Positions 51,936-63,012 are shown, numbered from the stretch's first letter. The stretch is DNA of 64,000 nt from Candidatus Hodarchaeota archaeon (GCA_048886685.1 JBHLKM010000016.1:1-64000); one strand, 5' to 3'. The notes: generated from the sequence alone by a model not told the origin. Translations and numbers: made by a program.

Positions 51936-52337
51936 CTATTCATTTTCATTATTTCCTAACCATTCTTTAAATGTTTTTTGAGGGATCATTTCCTGTATTG
52001 ATATACCTGTCTGTTCTTTAAATTGCTTTTCTATCTCCCTCGTCCATAGCTTCTTATCTATCTGATCATTCAGCTTTATTAAGACTATACCTCCTCTTGC
52101 ATCAAAAGCATCACGTTTAAATGAATCTCTTTGCCTTGTTTTGTATTTACTATGCCAATACATCTCCCAAAACTCATATAATACCTCATATTTCTTTCCA
52201 TTTATCAAAACACTGTTATATCCATCTACATGAGATCTCGGGTGAACTTTTTTATTCACTCCCTTAATTTTTATTTGATTTCCTACAATATTGCGTAAAT
52301 GTGTATGATCAAATTTTACGCCAAATATTTTTTCCAA
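51936..52337 (-). CDS. Small Vsr/PD-(D/E)xK-like endonuclease domain protein
   Basis: HVDGY...LYEFWEMYWH...RDSFKR...IVLIKL pattern resembling DUF559/Vsr-like nucleases. Confidence 0.55.
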   Translation of the reverse strand: MEKIFGVKFDHTHLRNIVGNQIKIKGVNKKVHPRSHVDGYNSVLINGKKYEVLYEFWEMYWHSKYKTRQRDSFKRDAFDARGGIVLIKLNDQIDKKLWTREIEKQFKEQTGISIQEMIPQKTFKEWLGNNENE

Positions 52338-52345
52338 TAGTAGGT

Positions 52346-52915
52346 TTATTCTGATTCTTTTTTTTCAAATTTTTCAAATTTATATTTTGATTTATCTTTT
52401 GGGATTATATAGCTCCCTCCTTCAGAATCAATAATTTTTAATGTAAATTCGAATTTTCCTTCTAATGCGTTTTTCAAATTATTTAAAAGATCTTCAATCT
52501 CAGGTATTTCTGGGTCTCCTTCTTTGAGATTCTTCCTATATATTGAAACGGCACTTTCAAATCTATATAAAATACCTTCTACATTAGTATAATAAAAATT
52601 GGCTCTGGGACCTGGTTCTACAATTAATTCGAGCTCAGGAATTTCTAATTTTCCTACAGGGGAACGGTAAATCTTTGATTTAAGGTCTTCTTCAGTTGTC
52701 ACTTTCAAGGTCATAATTCCTGGATCCATATTTGTTGTTAAAGGAATTACATCATTTTTATGAAAGCTGCAAGTATCGCATTCGAACTTCAATATGAGCA
52801 TCTTGTCTCCATCAGGTAAATCATAGACATTCTTAATGATGTCTATTGTGCCATTTTCACATGAGGGACATTTAAATGAATATAAAATTTCACTATTTTT
52901 TTTCTCAGTAGACAT
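52346..52915 (-). CDS. zpr1: ZPR1 zinc-finger protein
   Basis: CPSC...CDTC, IPEL.L..EPGP, TNVEG.L, D.EGGSYI. Confidence 0.9.
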   Translation of the reverse strand: MSTEKKNSEILYSFKCPSCENGTIDIIKNVYDLPDGDKMLILKFECDTCSFHKNDVIPLTTNMDPGIMTLKVTTEEDLKSKIYRSPVGKLEIPELELIVEPGPRANFYYTNVEGILYRFESAVSIYRKNLKEGDPEIPEIEDLLNNLKNALEGKFEFTLKIIDSEGGSYIIPKDKSKYKFEKFEKKESE

Positions 52916-53157
52916 AAGGATAATAAAAATTTCAAATTAGCTTAAATTTAATCTCAACTTATTTTAAAGTTACTCAATATTAATTTAAAATAAAGCAATT
53001 TCGAAAATAAACTATATATTAGAACCTTATTTTTAGATATAATAATTATAATTAAAAACTCTATATTATTGTTTAATATTGCAATTATAGGAGAAAAATC
53101 AAAAGAACTATCATTGATTAATTACAAAAGAACTCAATAATAAAAAGTTGGTTAAAT

Positions 53158-53736
53158 TTGTCTCTAGAAGAAAAAATAGTAGAAATCTCTATGCATTGTA
53201 GAGGCGGTCAAACATGTATAACTGCTAGTCAATTACTAGCTGAAATGGCATTCGAGGAAGGCTTTAAGGACACAATAGCGATTCCCATAATTGGGGCTGA
53301 GCGAAGGGGCGCTCCTATCCAAGCATTTTCAAAAATTTCAAGAAGTAAATCGATTAAAACATACGATAGTGTAGTAAATCCAGATTATATTTTGATGTTT
53401 GATACCTCATTGCTGGAGATCCCGAGAATTAAAGAAAGCATAAAGGAAGGTGCAACATTAATAGCAAATAGCCCAAATCCAATCGATACTACTGACTTTC
53501 CTAAAAACATAAAGATTTTTATTGTCGATGCTACAGGAATTTGCATCGAAAAAGATTTTATGCATTCTAGTGGTCCTATCCTAAATATTCCTATGTTAGG
53601 TGCTTTTGGAAAGGTTACAGGGTATTATGATCTTAAAAGCATGGAAAAAGTTATTAAAAAAGAATTTGGGGAAGGGAGATTGGAAAAAAATATGAGCGTC
53701 GCAAGAGCAGCTTATGAAACAGTAAAGGAGGTATAA
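53158..53736 (+). CDS. porC: 2-oxoacid:ferredoxin oxidoreductase gamma subunit
   Basis: [17 protein letters not shown]. Confidence 0.9.
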   Translation: MSLEEKIVEISMHCRGGQTCITASQLLAEMAFEEGFKDTIAIPIIGAERRGAPIQAFSKISRSKSIKTYDSVVNPDYILMFDTSLLEIPRIKESIKEGATLIANSPNPIDTTDFPKNIKIFIVDATGICIEKDFMHSSGPILNIPMLGAFGKVTGYYDLKSMEKVIKKEFGEGRLEKNMSVARAAYETVKEV

Positions 53737-53738
53737 TA

Positions 53739-54086
53739 TTGACAAAATCTAAAAAATGGAAGAATATCAACAAGTCTGTTGAAGAGCGTCCAAAAGTCCA
53801 AGAGTATAAAGATTGGGAGGAATTGCCGCCTATTCCAATATCTTTGCCCATAGATGGAAGCATTGGTACCACTGGGGATTGGAGAACTTTTAGGCCTATT
53901 ATCAAAGAAGGATGTAATCAATGTGGTATCTGTTGGATGTATTGCCCAGAAGGAGTAATAAAAAGGAAGCAAGATGGTTCTTTTGAAATAGATCTTAACT
54001 ATTGTAAAGGTTGTGGGATTTGTGCGAAAGAATGCCCATCAGATAATATAGAAATGGTAAGAGAGAGTGATATAAAAGATGGTTGA
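53739..54086 (+). CDS. porD: 2-oxoacid:ferredoxin oxidoreductase delta subunit
   Basis: TGDWRTFRP; two 4Fe-4S motifs ([24 protein letters not shown]). Confidence 0.92.
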   Translation: MTKSKKWKNINKSVEERPKVQEYKDWEELPPIPISLPIDGSIGTTGDWRTFRPIIKEGCNQCGICWMYCPEGVIKRKQDGSFEIDLNYCKGCGICAKECPSDNIEMVRESDIKDG

Positions 54087-55335
54087 AGCTCAACAAGATT
54101 TTATTCAGGAAAGAGAAACAAAAATAATTAAAGGAAATGTAGCTGCTGCGTATGCTGCAAAATCAGCTCGAGTTCAAGTAATCAGCGCATATCCAATTAC
54201 ACCACAAACTACTGTGGTTGAAAAGTTATCTGAATTTGCAGATAATGGAGAAATGCCAGGAACTCAATATATAAAAATGGAATCAGAACATAGCGTTTTT
54301 GCTGCTGTAATAGGTGCAAGTAAAGCAGGCACTCGAACATTTACAGCAACATCCGGTCAAGGTATATTTTATGCACATGAAATGATTCATTGGGCAGCAG
54401 GTGCCAGACTTCCTATTATTGTTGCTATTGCTTCAAGAGGACCAGCACCACCTTGGAATATTTGGGCAGATTTTACCGATGTGTTAAGTCAACGTGATAC
54501 AGGATGGATGAGTTCGTTTTGTGCTTCTCATCAAGAAATATATGATGAAATCCTGATGTCATATAAAGTTTGTGAAGATCATGAGGTTTTACTTCCCAAA
54601 TTTGTTGCTTATGGTGGTTTTATATTATCTCATACTTCAAAACCAGTGATAATTGAAGACCAGGATCTTGTTGATAAATATTTACCCTCATTGCCTGGTG
54701 AAGAAGGGTGGCCCCATATTTGGATGGATCCTAAGAGACCGATGATGTTTGGTAATCTTATTATGCCTTCGGGATTTTATTACGAATTTAGAATGAAAAT
54801 TCATGACTCCTTTATTCGAGCCAAAGAAAAGATCAAAAATGCAGCAAAAGAGTTTGAGAATGTTTTTGGGAGAAGTTATGGAAATGGATTAATTCAAGAA
54901 TACCATATGGATGATTCGAAGGTGGGTGTTGTAATTTATGGTGATTTAGCATTACAAATGGAACAGGCTATAGATGATTTAAGAGAAGAAGGATATAAGG
55001 TAGGCATGGTGAAATTAAGACATTTCCGACCGTTTCCTGTAGAAGATATCCTCAATTCTATTAAAAAAGTGAAACTTATAGGAGTTATTGATAGAGCGAC
55101 AGCGTTTGGATCACAAACTGGAGGCCCAGTTAGCTGTGAGGTTAAAGCCGCTTTGCATGAAACAAAAAATACCCCTACTGTATTGCCTATAATAAATGGC
55201 TTGGGTGGAAGAGAAGTATCTTTAGAACAACAAAAAGATCAATTAAAAATGTTAATTAAATTAGAAGAAATTGGAGAATTACCCAAAGATATGATACATG
55301 GAACTCTCTGGGATGGACTATTGGAGGTTGAATAA
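54079..55335 (+). CDS. porA: 2-oxoacid:ferredoxin oxidoreductase alpha subunit
   Basis: [29 protein letters not shown]. Confidence 0.93.
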   Translation: MVEAQQDFIQERETKIIKGNVAAAYAAKSARVQVISAYPITPQTTVVEKLSEFADNGEMPGTQYIKMESEHSVFAAVIGASKAGTRTFTATSGQGIFYAHEMIHWAAGARLPIIVAIASRGPAPPWNIWADFTDVLSQRDTGWMSSFCASHQEIYDEILMSYKVCEDHEVLLPKFVAYGGFILSHTSKPVIIEDQDLVDKYLPSLPGEEGWPHIWMDPKRPMMFGNLIMPSGFYYEFRMKIHDSFIRAKEKIKNAAKEFENVFGRSYGNGLIQEYHMDDSKVGVVIYGDLALQMEQAIDDLREEGYKVGMVKLRHFRPFPVEDILNSIKKVKLIGVIDRATAFGSQTGGPVSCEVKAALHETKNTPTVLPIINGLGGREVSLEQQKDQLKMLIKLEEIGELPKDMIHGTLWDGLLEVE

Positions 55336-55338
55336 CAA

Positions 55339-56280
55339 ATGGTTAAATTAAAAGAAGCATTAGATTCATGCCAAGAAGAATATTTCCTTCCAGGAAATTC
55401 TTGCTGTGCTGGTTGTGGTCTTGAAATTGCTCTTCGTTGGGCAATGAAAGCTTTAGGACCTAATACAGCATTGGTTACTCCAGCTTCATGTTTGAATGTA
55501 GTAATTGGGTTATGGCCAAAAACAGCACCAAATTTTCCTTTTACTAATATGGCTTTTGCAGCAGGAGCAGCGGCAGCCACTGGTATGGAAGCGGCTTTCA
55601 AGGCTAAAGCATATAAGTTCCCTAATAAAGGATGGGATGAAATAACAACTTTAGTATTTGCTGGAGATGGAGGTACTGCAGATATAGGTATTCAAGGTCT
55701 CAGTGGAGCTGCAGAAAGAAATTCAAACATTATATATACTTGTTACGACAATGAGGCATATATGAACACTGGGATCCAACGATCTTCGAGTACACCTCAT
55801 GGGGCAATTACAACAACAACGACTCTTGGAAAGGAAAGATATAAGAAAAATCTTCCAGGTATTCTAGTTGCACATGACATACCTTATGTTGCAACATGTA
55901 GTATAAGCGAACCACTTGATTTGTATGATAAATTTAAAAAAGCTAAATCAATTAAAGGTTGTAAATATATACACATTTTAGCTCCTTGTCCTCCAGGTTG
56001 GGGATTCGGTTCCGAAGAAGCAATAGAAATTGCTCGTTTAGCTGTTAAATCAGGCTCATGGATATTATATGAAGTTGAAAATGGTATTATGAAATTATCA
56101 AAAAAGAGCAAGTCTTTATTAGAACCTTCTAAAAGAGTTCCATTAGTTGAATACCTTTCCAAACAAAAACGTTTTTCACAGATTTCTGAGAAGGATTTAA
56201 TAGAACTTCAAGAACGCCTAGATCATAATTGGGAGCGAATAAATGTTGAATTAAGTTGTCAAGAACAATATCCAAAATAA
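55339..56280 (+). CDS. porB: 2-oxoacid:ferredoxin oxidoreductase beta subunit
   Basis: CAGCG, GDGGTADIG TPP motif, DNEAYMNTGIQRS, PCPPGW. Confidence 0.93.
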   Translation: MVKLKEALDSCQEEYFLPGNSCCAGCGLEIALRWAMKALGPNTALVTPASCLNVVIGLWPKTAPNFPFTNMAFAAGAAAATGMEAAFKAKAYKFPNKGWDEITTLVFAGDGGTADIGIQGLSGAAERNSNIIYTCYDNEAYMNTGIQRSSSTPHGAITTTTTLGKERYKKNLPGILVAHDIPYVATCSISEPLDLYDKFKKAKSIKGCKYIHILAPCPPGWGFGSEEAIEIARLAVKSGSWILYEVENGIMKLSKKSKSLLEPSKRVPLVEYLSKQKRFSQISEKDLIELQERLDHNWERINVELSCQEQYPK

Positions 56281-56376
56281 TTTTACAATTCTTTTCCTAA
56301 TGCAGTTGATTTCAGAATGAAAATATAATAGAAGAAAACCTTAGAGTACAATAAGGAAAAAATATTATATTTATTA

Positions 56377-57036
56377 ATGGGATTTTTAGTAAAATTAGCA
56401 GGAAAAGAACTAAAAGAGATTGAGTTTTATCTAAAAATTGCGGTTGATTTTATAATTCAAGGAAAAGTGATTAGCTTCCCAACCGACAGTGTTTATGGTA
56501 TTGGAGGAAATCCTTTAAATTTAGATGTTGTTAATAGATTATATGATATCAAATTTCGAGACAGAGCTAAAGGGTTTCTTCTATTAGTCTCCGATTTTGA
56601 AGAGGCTTTAAAAATTGCAGAGTTTAATGAATTAGCTAAAAAATTAGCTAAACGATATTGGCCAGGTCAATTAACATTAATTTTAAGAAAAAAGGAACGA
56701 AGTATAATTCCACCAGAAATAACTGCTTTTAAGAATACAATTGGCTTACGAGTCCCAGAGAACGAGATTATCTTGAAAATTTTGAGCCTTTTGAAAGCAG
56801 ATGGACATCTCGGAGTTATAATAGGAACTTCCGCAAATTATTCTGGTGAACCTCCTTGTATTAGTGGAGAGGAAGTTGCAAAGAAATTATTAAGCCCTAT
56901 TGATTTAATCATTGATGCGGGTAAATCTAAATCACAATTATCAACAACTATAGTTGATTGTACTACGTCAGAACCAAAATTTTTAAGAATAGGGATGATG
57001 CCTGAAGAAGAGATTTTGGATTTTTTATCAAAATAA
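56377..57036 (+). CDS. tsaC: L-threonylcarbamoyladenylate synthase (TsaC/Sua5 YrdC domain)
   Basis: PTDSVYG, K.R, WPGQLT, TSANYSG, STTIVD. Confidence 0.92.
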   Translation: MGFLVKLAGKELKEIEFYLKIAVDFIIQGKVISFPTDSVYGIGGNPLNLDVVNRLYDIKFRDRAKGFLLLVSDFEEALKIAEFNELAKKLAKRYWPGQLTLILRKKERSIIPPEITAFKNTIGLRVPENEIILKILSLLKADGHLGVIIGTSANYSGEPPCISGEEVAKKLLSPIDLIIDAGKSKSQLSTTIVDCTTSEPKFLRIGMMPEEEILDFLSK

Positions 57037-57569
57037 TGAGGAAGGTATATATGAAAAATTTTAATTTACTAATCTCAACATCTAGATTTAATGAGACTAA
57101 TGCCGCTACCGAAATGTGGTTTACCCTATTAATGTGTGGTGATAATTATCCTATTATTTCAAAATTAACGTTTCCTGGACTAATTTCTGCTTTATCTAAC
57201 ATAGATGCCAAAAAAGTAATTCTAAAAATACAACAAATATTGAAAAAAGATCCTCATTTTTTCCAATTTATCTTAAATATTATTCCCATTGATTTTATTT
57301 GTGAAACTAATATAAAAATATTAGCAAATCTAATACAAGAAAATTCAAAAACTTATATAAAAGAAGGAGATTCTTTCAAAATAGTATTAAAAAGAAGAAA
57401 GCATGAAAAAATAGAAAGGAATAATGCAATTGAACGAATTGCCAACCGAATAAATAATAAGGTTGATCTTGAAAATCCAGATAAAGTTATTAGAATTGAG
57501 GTACTAGGTAATTTTTGTGCCGTGTCTTTTCTAAAACGAGATGATATTATTAAAATAGGGAATCTCTAA
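57036..57569 (+). CDS. THUMP domain RNA-binding protein
   Basis: SFKIVLKRR...KVDLENPD..IRIEV. Confidence 0.85.
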   Translation: MRKVYMKNFNLLISTSRFNETNAATEMWFTLLMCGDNYPIISKLTFPGLISALSNIDAKKVILKIQQILKKDPHFFQFILNIIPIDFICETNIKILANLIQENSKTYIKEGDSFKIVLKRRKHEKIERNNAIERIANRINNKVDLENPDKVIRIEVLGNFCAVSFLKRDDIIKIGNL

Positions 57570-57586
57570 AAGTTTTTTTTAATTAT

Positions 57587-58267
57587 TTATGTCTTTTCTA
57601 TGTTTACCAGAGCCATTTTCTCACAAATTAAATCAAATATTGCTCTAGACAAAGATTCTAAATCGTTTTTGAACTCTACTAAATCTTTTTCCTTATTCCC
57701 ATAAGATTTTAAAACAGATTTGATTTGTGATGAATTTATATCAAATTTATCTATGATCGTGTTGATTTTTTCAATTCTTAAGTTATTTATTGTTAAATCT
57801 ATCTCTTTGACGTCTAAAATTTGTATGAGCTCCTCATTAATTTTATATAGGTTATCATATGGTGAAACAATACAGATTATAATGTTTCCTTCCTTTAAAT
57901 CATAATAATCAATTCCGAAGGATTCAATAGCTTTACTGATTTGCCGATTTGAAGATAGATATAACAATAATTCAATATTTTTTTTATTTGATATATGTGT
58001 TTTATGAAAAAAAGCTTTTTGCATGTAATAACACGCAATAAAGATATGGTCTTGATTTAAAAGATATTTATCGCTAATAAATTGTATAGTTGACTCTTCA
58101 TATTTATTTTGGAGTTCCTCAATTATGTTAAATAAATAATTTAGAACTTTATCTTCACCATCTATGTCATTAGCTTTTAAAAATTGATTTAAGTCAAATT
58201 TAATTTGATTTACTCCAACAAAATATCTTAATTCTATTGTATCAAAATAAAAACTTCTTACAATCAT
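57587..58267 (-). CDS. cgi121: KEOPS subunit Cgi121
   Basis: H...A, IELLLYLS..RQISKAI..FG, C-terminal EKMAL. Confidence 0.85.
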   Translation of the reverse strand: MIVRSFYFDTIELRYFVGVNQIKFDLNQFLKANDIDGEDKVLNYLFNIIEELQNKYEESTIQFISDKYLLNQDHIFIACYYMQKAFFHKTHISNKKNIELLLYLSSNRQISKAIESFGIDYYDLKEGNIIICIVSPYDNLYKINEELIQILDVKEIDLTINNLRIEKINTIIDKFDINSSQIKSVLKSYGNKEKDLVEFKNDLESLSRAIFDLICEKMALVNIEKT

Positions 58268-59031
58268 ACAGGGAGTCTCCAAGTAAACCAATCTGGCATT
58301 AAACTATATTGGATTCTAATGAAAATGAATGTTATAAGAAATAATATTAAATAAATTGTAAAAATCCAATCTTTTACTAAAAATTTAATTGTATAATAAA
58401 ATGACCTTTCTTTCTCACTTCCAAAGGCTCTTGATTCTAAAGCTTCTGCTACATTAAAAGCCCTTCTAATTGAGCATATGATTAATGGGATTAATAAAGG
58501 AAAGAGGTTTTTGATTTGATTAATAAGCCCTTTTTTTTCCATTTCATATCCTCTACTTTGTTGAGCATCGATGATATTTTGGGCTTCAGTAGCAATGGTT
58601 GGTACAAATCTAAACGCTAAAGAAAAAGAAAAAGCAAATTCGTATGGAAATTTCATAGATATCAAAGAAAGAGCTAAGTCGTTAGGATCCACTGTTAAAA
58701 AAAAGATTGAAAAGGCGGAAACCATGATACAAATTCTCAGTATCATAGCAATAGCAAACGATAAGGATAAGAATAATGTGTTTAATATAATTATAAAAAC
58801 AACTAAAAATGATAAACCCCGAATACTCTTTATCCACTGTTTGAGGATTTTGCCAATGATAACTAAAGGGATTAAACTCAAAAAAATTATGAGTAAAGGA
58901 ATAATTTGATTGAATAATAAAGCACTTATAGTGTATATTAGTGCAAATACCAGTTTAGCTCTTGGATCTAAATTATGTAAAAAAGAGTCCTTTTTCATAA
59001 ATTTAAAAGCATTGAGAAATTCTAAAGACAT
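58264..59031 (-). CDS. ecfT: ECF transporter transmembrane component T
   Basis: LDPRAK, RFVP, AQQSRG, ALESRAF. Confidence 0.92.
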   Translation of the reverse strand: MSLEFLNAFKFMKKDSFLHNLDPRAKLVFALIYTISALLFNQIIPLLIIFLSLIPLVIIGKILKQWIKSIRGLSFLVVFIIILNTLFLSLSFAIAMILRICIMVSAFSIFFLTVDPNDLALSLISMKFPYEFAFSFSLAFRFVPTIATEAQNIIDAQQSRGYEMEKKGLINQIKNLFPLLIPLIICSIRRAFNVAEALESRAFGSEKERSFYYTIKFLVKDWIFTIYLILFLITFIFIRIQYSLMPDWFTWRLPV

Positions 59032-59046
59032 ATACTTTTACTCCTC

Positions 59047-59913
59047 CTAAACACTAGTAGTTTTTTTTCTCAAAAATTTAATTAGATATTCAGTAATTTC
59101 GCTTTTTGAAAAATACTTATTGATACCTTGGAATCCTATTTCTTGCAAAACTAAAGATAACTGCCGAGTTTGCGGGAGAATTAAAGATGATCTTTCAGTT
59201 AAAAATCCATTACTTAATACATTATGAGTTGGACCATCTGCAATAATTTCTCCGCCCTCCATTAAAATTGTCCTAGGGATAAATTCATAAGCAAATTCAA
59301 TATTATGAGTGATAATTATGATTGTTTTGCCTTGTTTCTTCTCATTATTGATTAGTCTTATAAAAGATTCAATTTCTCTAGCATCTTGACCTAGTGTAGG
59401 TTCATCAAATACTAAGATTTCAGGGCCTCTGCAAATTATTGAAGCAATAGCTAATTTTTTAGATTCCCCTCCTGATAAATTTAAAGGAGATCTATCGCGG
59501 TATTTGTCAAGGTTAAAATTTTTTAAGATTTCATTTGTTTTTAATTCAAGCTCCTCCTTGTTCATATTTAGATTTTTTAAAGAGAATTCAATCTCATCTT
59601 CAACAGTGTTAGCAAATAGCTGATGAGAAGGATTTTGAAAAATTAAACCTACTTTTTTAGATAACTCGGCTATACTTTTAGAACCAATGTTTTTATTGTT
59701 AATGTAAATATTACCTGATGTTGGTCTTATTAATCCATTCAAGGTTCGAATAAGAGTCGTTTTACCAGCTCCATTTTTACCCATTATTCCTAATAACTCT
59801 CCTTTATAAACATTTAAATTGATATCTTTCAATGCTATAGTACCATTTGGATAAGTATATTCGACATTTTCAATAATTATTAATGGAAAATCCTTCGATA
59901 TCGTAATCACCAT
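59047..59913 (-). CDS. ecfA2: ECF transporter ATPase A2
   Basis: GKNGAGKTT, FQNP, LSGGE, FDEPT. Confidence 0.9.
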   Translation of the reverse strand: MVITISKDFPLIIIENVEYTYPNGTIALKDINLNVYKGELLGIMGKNGAGKTTLIRTLNGLIRPTSGNIYINNKNIGSKSIAELSKKVGLIFQNPSHQLFANTVEDEIEFSLKNLNMNKEELELKTNEILKNFNLDKYRDRSPLNLSGGESKKLAIASIICRGPEILVFDEPTLGQDAREIESFIRLINNEKKQGKTIIIITHNIEFAYEFIPRTILMEGGEIIADGPTHNVLSNGFLTERSSLILPQTRQLSLVLQEIGFQGINKYFSKSEITEYLIKFLRKKTTSV

Positions 59914-60758
59914 TAGTCCGATTGTAATTTTTTCATAGAATCTATTGCAGCTGGAATTGAGGCCGGAATTTTTCCAGAAAATAAGTTTTCATTTTTTAAT
60001 CTATTGAATATCGTATAAATTACAGGTTTATTTAACATTAAATTTTGAAAATGTTTCCCATTGAGCACATCATCACGAGAACCATATTCAACAACTTCTC
60101 CGTTACTTATCAAGACCATTTGATCTGCAAAAGGAAGTACTAAGTCTAATCGATGTTCGCTTATCAGAATTGTAAGATTTCTCTCAACTTGAATTTCTTT
60201 TATCAAATTAATGATTTTTTTTGCCATATAAGGGTCTAATAAAGCTGTTGGTTCATCCAATATTAGAATTTTGGGTTCTAAGACAAGGATTGAAGCAATC
60301 GCAACACGTTGCTGTTCTCCACCACTTAATTCGAATGGTGCTTTATCCAAAATATGTTCAATTTCGGTTAATGAGGCACTTTCTTTTATCCTTTTTGAAA
60401 TTTCTTTTGAAGGTATACCTAAATTTTCCAGTCCAAATGCAATTTCATGTTCAACATTCATAGCGATTAATTGATTCTCCGGATTTTGAAAAACTATGCC
60501 AACATCAGTGGATAATTCAGCAATAGGGGTATTACTTGTATCTTTTTCATTTATAAATACTTTTCCCTTATAAAAACCAGAATAAAATTGGGGGATTAAA
60601 CCGTTCATGCATCTAATTAAGGTTGTTTTTCCAGAACCAGTTTCCCCACATAACAAAATAAAGTTATCTTCTTCTATTATTAAATTAATGTTATTTAGGG
60701 CATATTCTTCATTTCCTTTATAACGATAAGAAAATCCTTCAAATCTTATTAAATCCAT
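59913..60758 (-). CDS. ecfA1: ECF transporter ATPase A1
   Basis: GETGSGKTT, FQNPENQ, LSGGEQQR, LDEPT. Confidence 0.9.
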   Translation of the reverse strand: MDLIRFEGFSYRYKGNEEYALNNINLIIEEDNFILLCGETGSGKTTLIRCMNGLIPQFYSGFYKGKVFINEKDTSNTPIAELSTDVGIVFQNPENQLIAMNVEHEIAFGLENLGIPSKEISKRIKESASLTEIEHILDKAPFELSGGEQQRVAIASILVLEPKILILDEPTALLDPYMAKKIINLIKEIQVERNLTILISEHRLDLVLPFADQMVLISNGEVVEYGSRDDVLNGKHFQNLMLNKPVIYTIFNRLKNENLFSGKIPASIPAAIDSMKKLQSD

Positions 60759-60821
60759 ACTTAAAATGCATCCTTAATTCAGCCTTGAATAATAATAATG
60801 TGTAATGATTTAAAATTTAGA

Positions 60822-61826
60822 TTATAAAAATTGTTTTATTCTTTCAACGACTTTAAGAAGAACAGATTCTAAATCCGCATTAAAGGTTAAAGATGCTGCA
60901 CCATCGTGTCCCCCACCACTTCCATTAGAATCTTCTGATATTTCTTCTAATATTTTCCCTAGATGTAATCCAGTTTTCATACAAATACTTTTTTTTGCTC
61001 TACTATTAATTAAATTCTTACTTTTTTCCTTTGTATAAATAATACTTATATCACATCCAGTTTTTATTAACATTGATGCAACACTGGCGCCAAAACTACT
61101 GACATTACTAATTCCAATTAAATAATCTCCTTTACGTATTAACTCAACTCTCTGTAGTCCTTTTATTTTAGCGATCTTTTCTGAAATATCCACTTCAGTT
61201 TTTAACATTAACTTTAGCTCCTGGAAATTTACTTCTCCATCTAATAAATCGCTTACTTTTTTAATTGTTTCATTATTTCCATATTTAAAAAAACCAGAAT
61301 CAGTTAAAATGGCAGCAACTATTAAATTTTTATAGGGGGGTGTTATATTCTGGTTGTAATAATTAAATAAATCTAAAATAATTTCAGATGTTGAAATAGC
61401 ATTATCATTAATTAAATTTAGTGAAGCTATGTTTCCGTTTTGTAATTTATTTTTATTAAAATGGTGATGATCTATAAACACATAAGGAATTTCTAATTTA
61501 ATGACTTCACTACAACTGAATTGTATTTGACTCAGATCGTTTGTGTCTGTTATTATACATACATCAAATTCGGAAAATTTTACCTCACTTTTATAATTAA
61601 AATTGAATTCAGGCAACTTTTCTGAGAAATTAAGCATAAAATTTTTTGTATGGTTCGAAAGTTCTGATAGTAAGATTGATATTGGTTTGTTGGTGTGCTG
61701 GAGTAAAAAGAATTTTAAAGCAAAACAAGATACAAACCCATCAATATCGGCTAAATCATGAGTTGTAATAAGGATTTTTTTACCTTTTAAGAAGGTTAAA
61801 AAATCTTCATATTTTGAATGCAACAT
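60822..61826 (-). CDS. DHH family phosphoesterase
   Basis: THDLADIDG, IDHH, TDSG, GGGHDGAA. Confidence 0.9.
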   Translation of the reverse strand: MLHSKYEDFLTFLKGKKILITTHDLADIDGFVSCFALKFFLLQHTNKPISILLSELSNHTKNFMLNFSEKLPEFNFNYKSEVKFSEFDVCIITDTNDLSQIQFSCSEVIKLEIPYVFIDHHHFNKNKLQNGNIASLNLINDNAISTSEIILDLFNYYNQNITPPYKNLIVAAILTDSGFFKYGNNETIKKVSDLLDGEVNFQELKLMLKTEVDISEKIAKIKGLQRVELIRKGDYLIGISNVSSFGASVASMLIKTGCDISIIYTKEKSKNLINSRAKKSICMKTGLHLGKILEEISEDSNGSGGGHDGAASLTFNADLESVLLKVVERIKQFL

Positions 61827-61834
61827 GAAGCTGT

Positions 61835-62197
61835 TTAGGCGCTTTTATTTTGAAGATCAGCTTGAATTGAATTACTTAAAGTTGTAATTTGATTTTCTAA
61901 TCTTGATTTTTTTTGATCTAAGGTTTTTAATCTCATTTCGAGAGTTACTTTTAAGCTTTTTTTCTCATCAAGGAGCTTATTCTTTTCACTTTTTACCAGT
62001 ATTCCCCCAATTGACTTAAAAACCGGTGTATCCGCTTCTATTTTTTCCAATTCTTCTATTGCAAATTCGGTTTCTCTTAGATGGGATTCTGTCTGATTTT
62101 TTTGGGAATTAATAATTTCATAGGTTTGTTGTAGGTTTGCTAAATTTTGGATTTTATTTCTTTGTTCCTCATCAAGATTATTTAAATTGATTGACAT
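61835..62197 (-). CDS. pfdB: Prefoldin beta subunit
   Basis: Coiled coils flanking VFKSIGGILVK hairpin; conserved gene context. Confidence 0.92.
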   Translation of the reverse strand: MSINLNNLDEEQRNKIQNLANLQQTYEIINSQKNQTESHLRETEFAIEELEKIEADTPVFKSIGGILVKSEKNKLLDEKKSLKVTLEMRLKTLDQKKSRLENQITTLSNSIQADLQNKSA

Positions 62198-62261
62198 TTT
62201 ATTTACTTCTTCTTATTCTCTACTTTATTTTATAATTGAATTGTACTAATATTTCTTTACT

Positions 62262-62534
62262 TTAAGAAATTTCTGCTATTTTTATGGTGCTATCAATGAC
62301 TTTTCCAAAACTAATAATTTCATTCATACTAGCTCGAAATGCCGTGATATCACAAGATTCAACTTTAAAAACTAACTTACTATCATCTTGTTTGTTTACC
62401 AATACTTTAGATCGATAAGTTTGTAATTTTTTAATTTCTGGAATAAAGGAGTTATATGATATATCTCTTATTTGAGAATCATTAAAATTTAATTCTATTA
62501 TTGATTTAATGGTAAAAGGTTTATTTATTTTCAT
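62262..62534 (-). CDS. pcc1: KEOPS subunit Pcc1
   Basis: S..PE...RS, D.TAFRASMN; position between rpl37ae and pfdB. Confidence 0.85.
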   Translation of the reverse strand: MKINKPFTIKSIIELNFNDSQIRDISYNSFIPEIKKLQTYRSKVLVNKQDDSKLVFKVESCDITAFRASMNEIISFGKVIDSTIKIAEIS

Positions 62535-62815
62535 TATTCTTCAATTGTTTCTAATTCTCTTTGCTTACGTTTTGCGATTCTAAAAGATTCGGCACCTCTA
62601 GGAGTTTCAATAAAATATGCACCTCCTGTAAATCGAGCATCACATTTTCTGCAATGCCAAATGCCCGTTGATATTCTATGTATAGATCCTCTAGTTTCAC
62701 ACCTAGGGCATTTAGTATCTCCTTTCATTTTTTCTAAAATTAAACGAGTTCTTTTGCGTAAGGTACTCCCATAACGAGCACCGTATTTACCTGTGATTCC
62801 TGTTCGTTTTCCCAT
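62534..62815 (-). CDS. rpl37ae: 50S ribosomal protein L37ae (eL43)
   Basis: GKYGARYG..LRK, CPRC, GIWHCRKC, FTGGAY. Confidence 0.96.
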   Translation of the reverse strand: MGKRTGITGKYGARYGSTLRKRTRLILEKMKGDTKCPRCETRGSIHRISTGIWHCRKCDARFTGGAYFIETPRGAESFRIAKRKQRELETIEE

Positions 62816-63012
62816 TTTAGTTCAAAATTAGTTTTTAATAATCGATGTTATATTAAAACTTAGGGTAAACTATAAATTTTTCTAAACAACAAGAGAACTT
62901 TTAGGGAGAATTTTATTTTTTCCCCGAGTAAAACAAATTACAAAGGAAATTTATAAATAAATAAGAATTTAACAATTAAATTAATTATAATTTCTAATTT
63001 TTATTGTCGTTT

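Noticed and set aside
51-60474. Numerous short antisense or overlapping ORFs in the track (e.g. 51-308, 3086-3406, 11370-11753, 36074-36511, 55239-55601, 58571-58909)
   Set aside because: They are shadows of well-supported genes on the other strand or frame, with no motifs or RBS.
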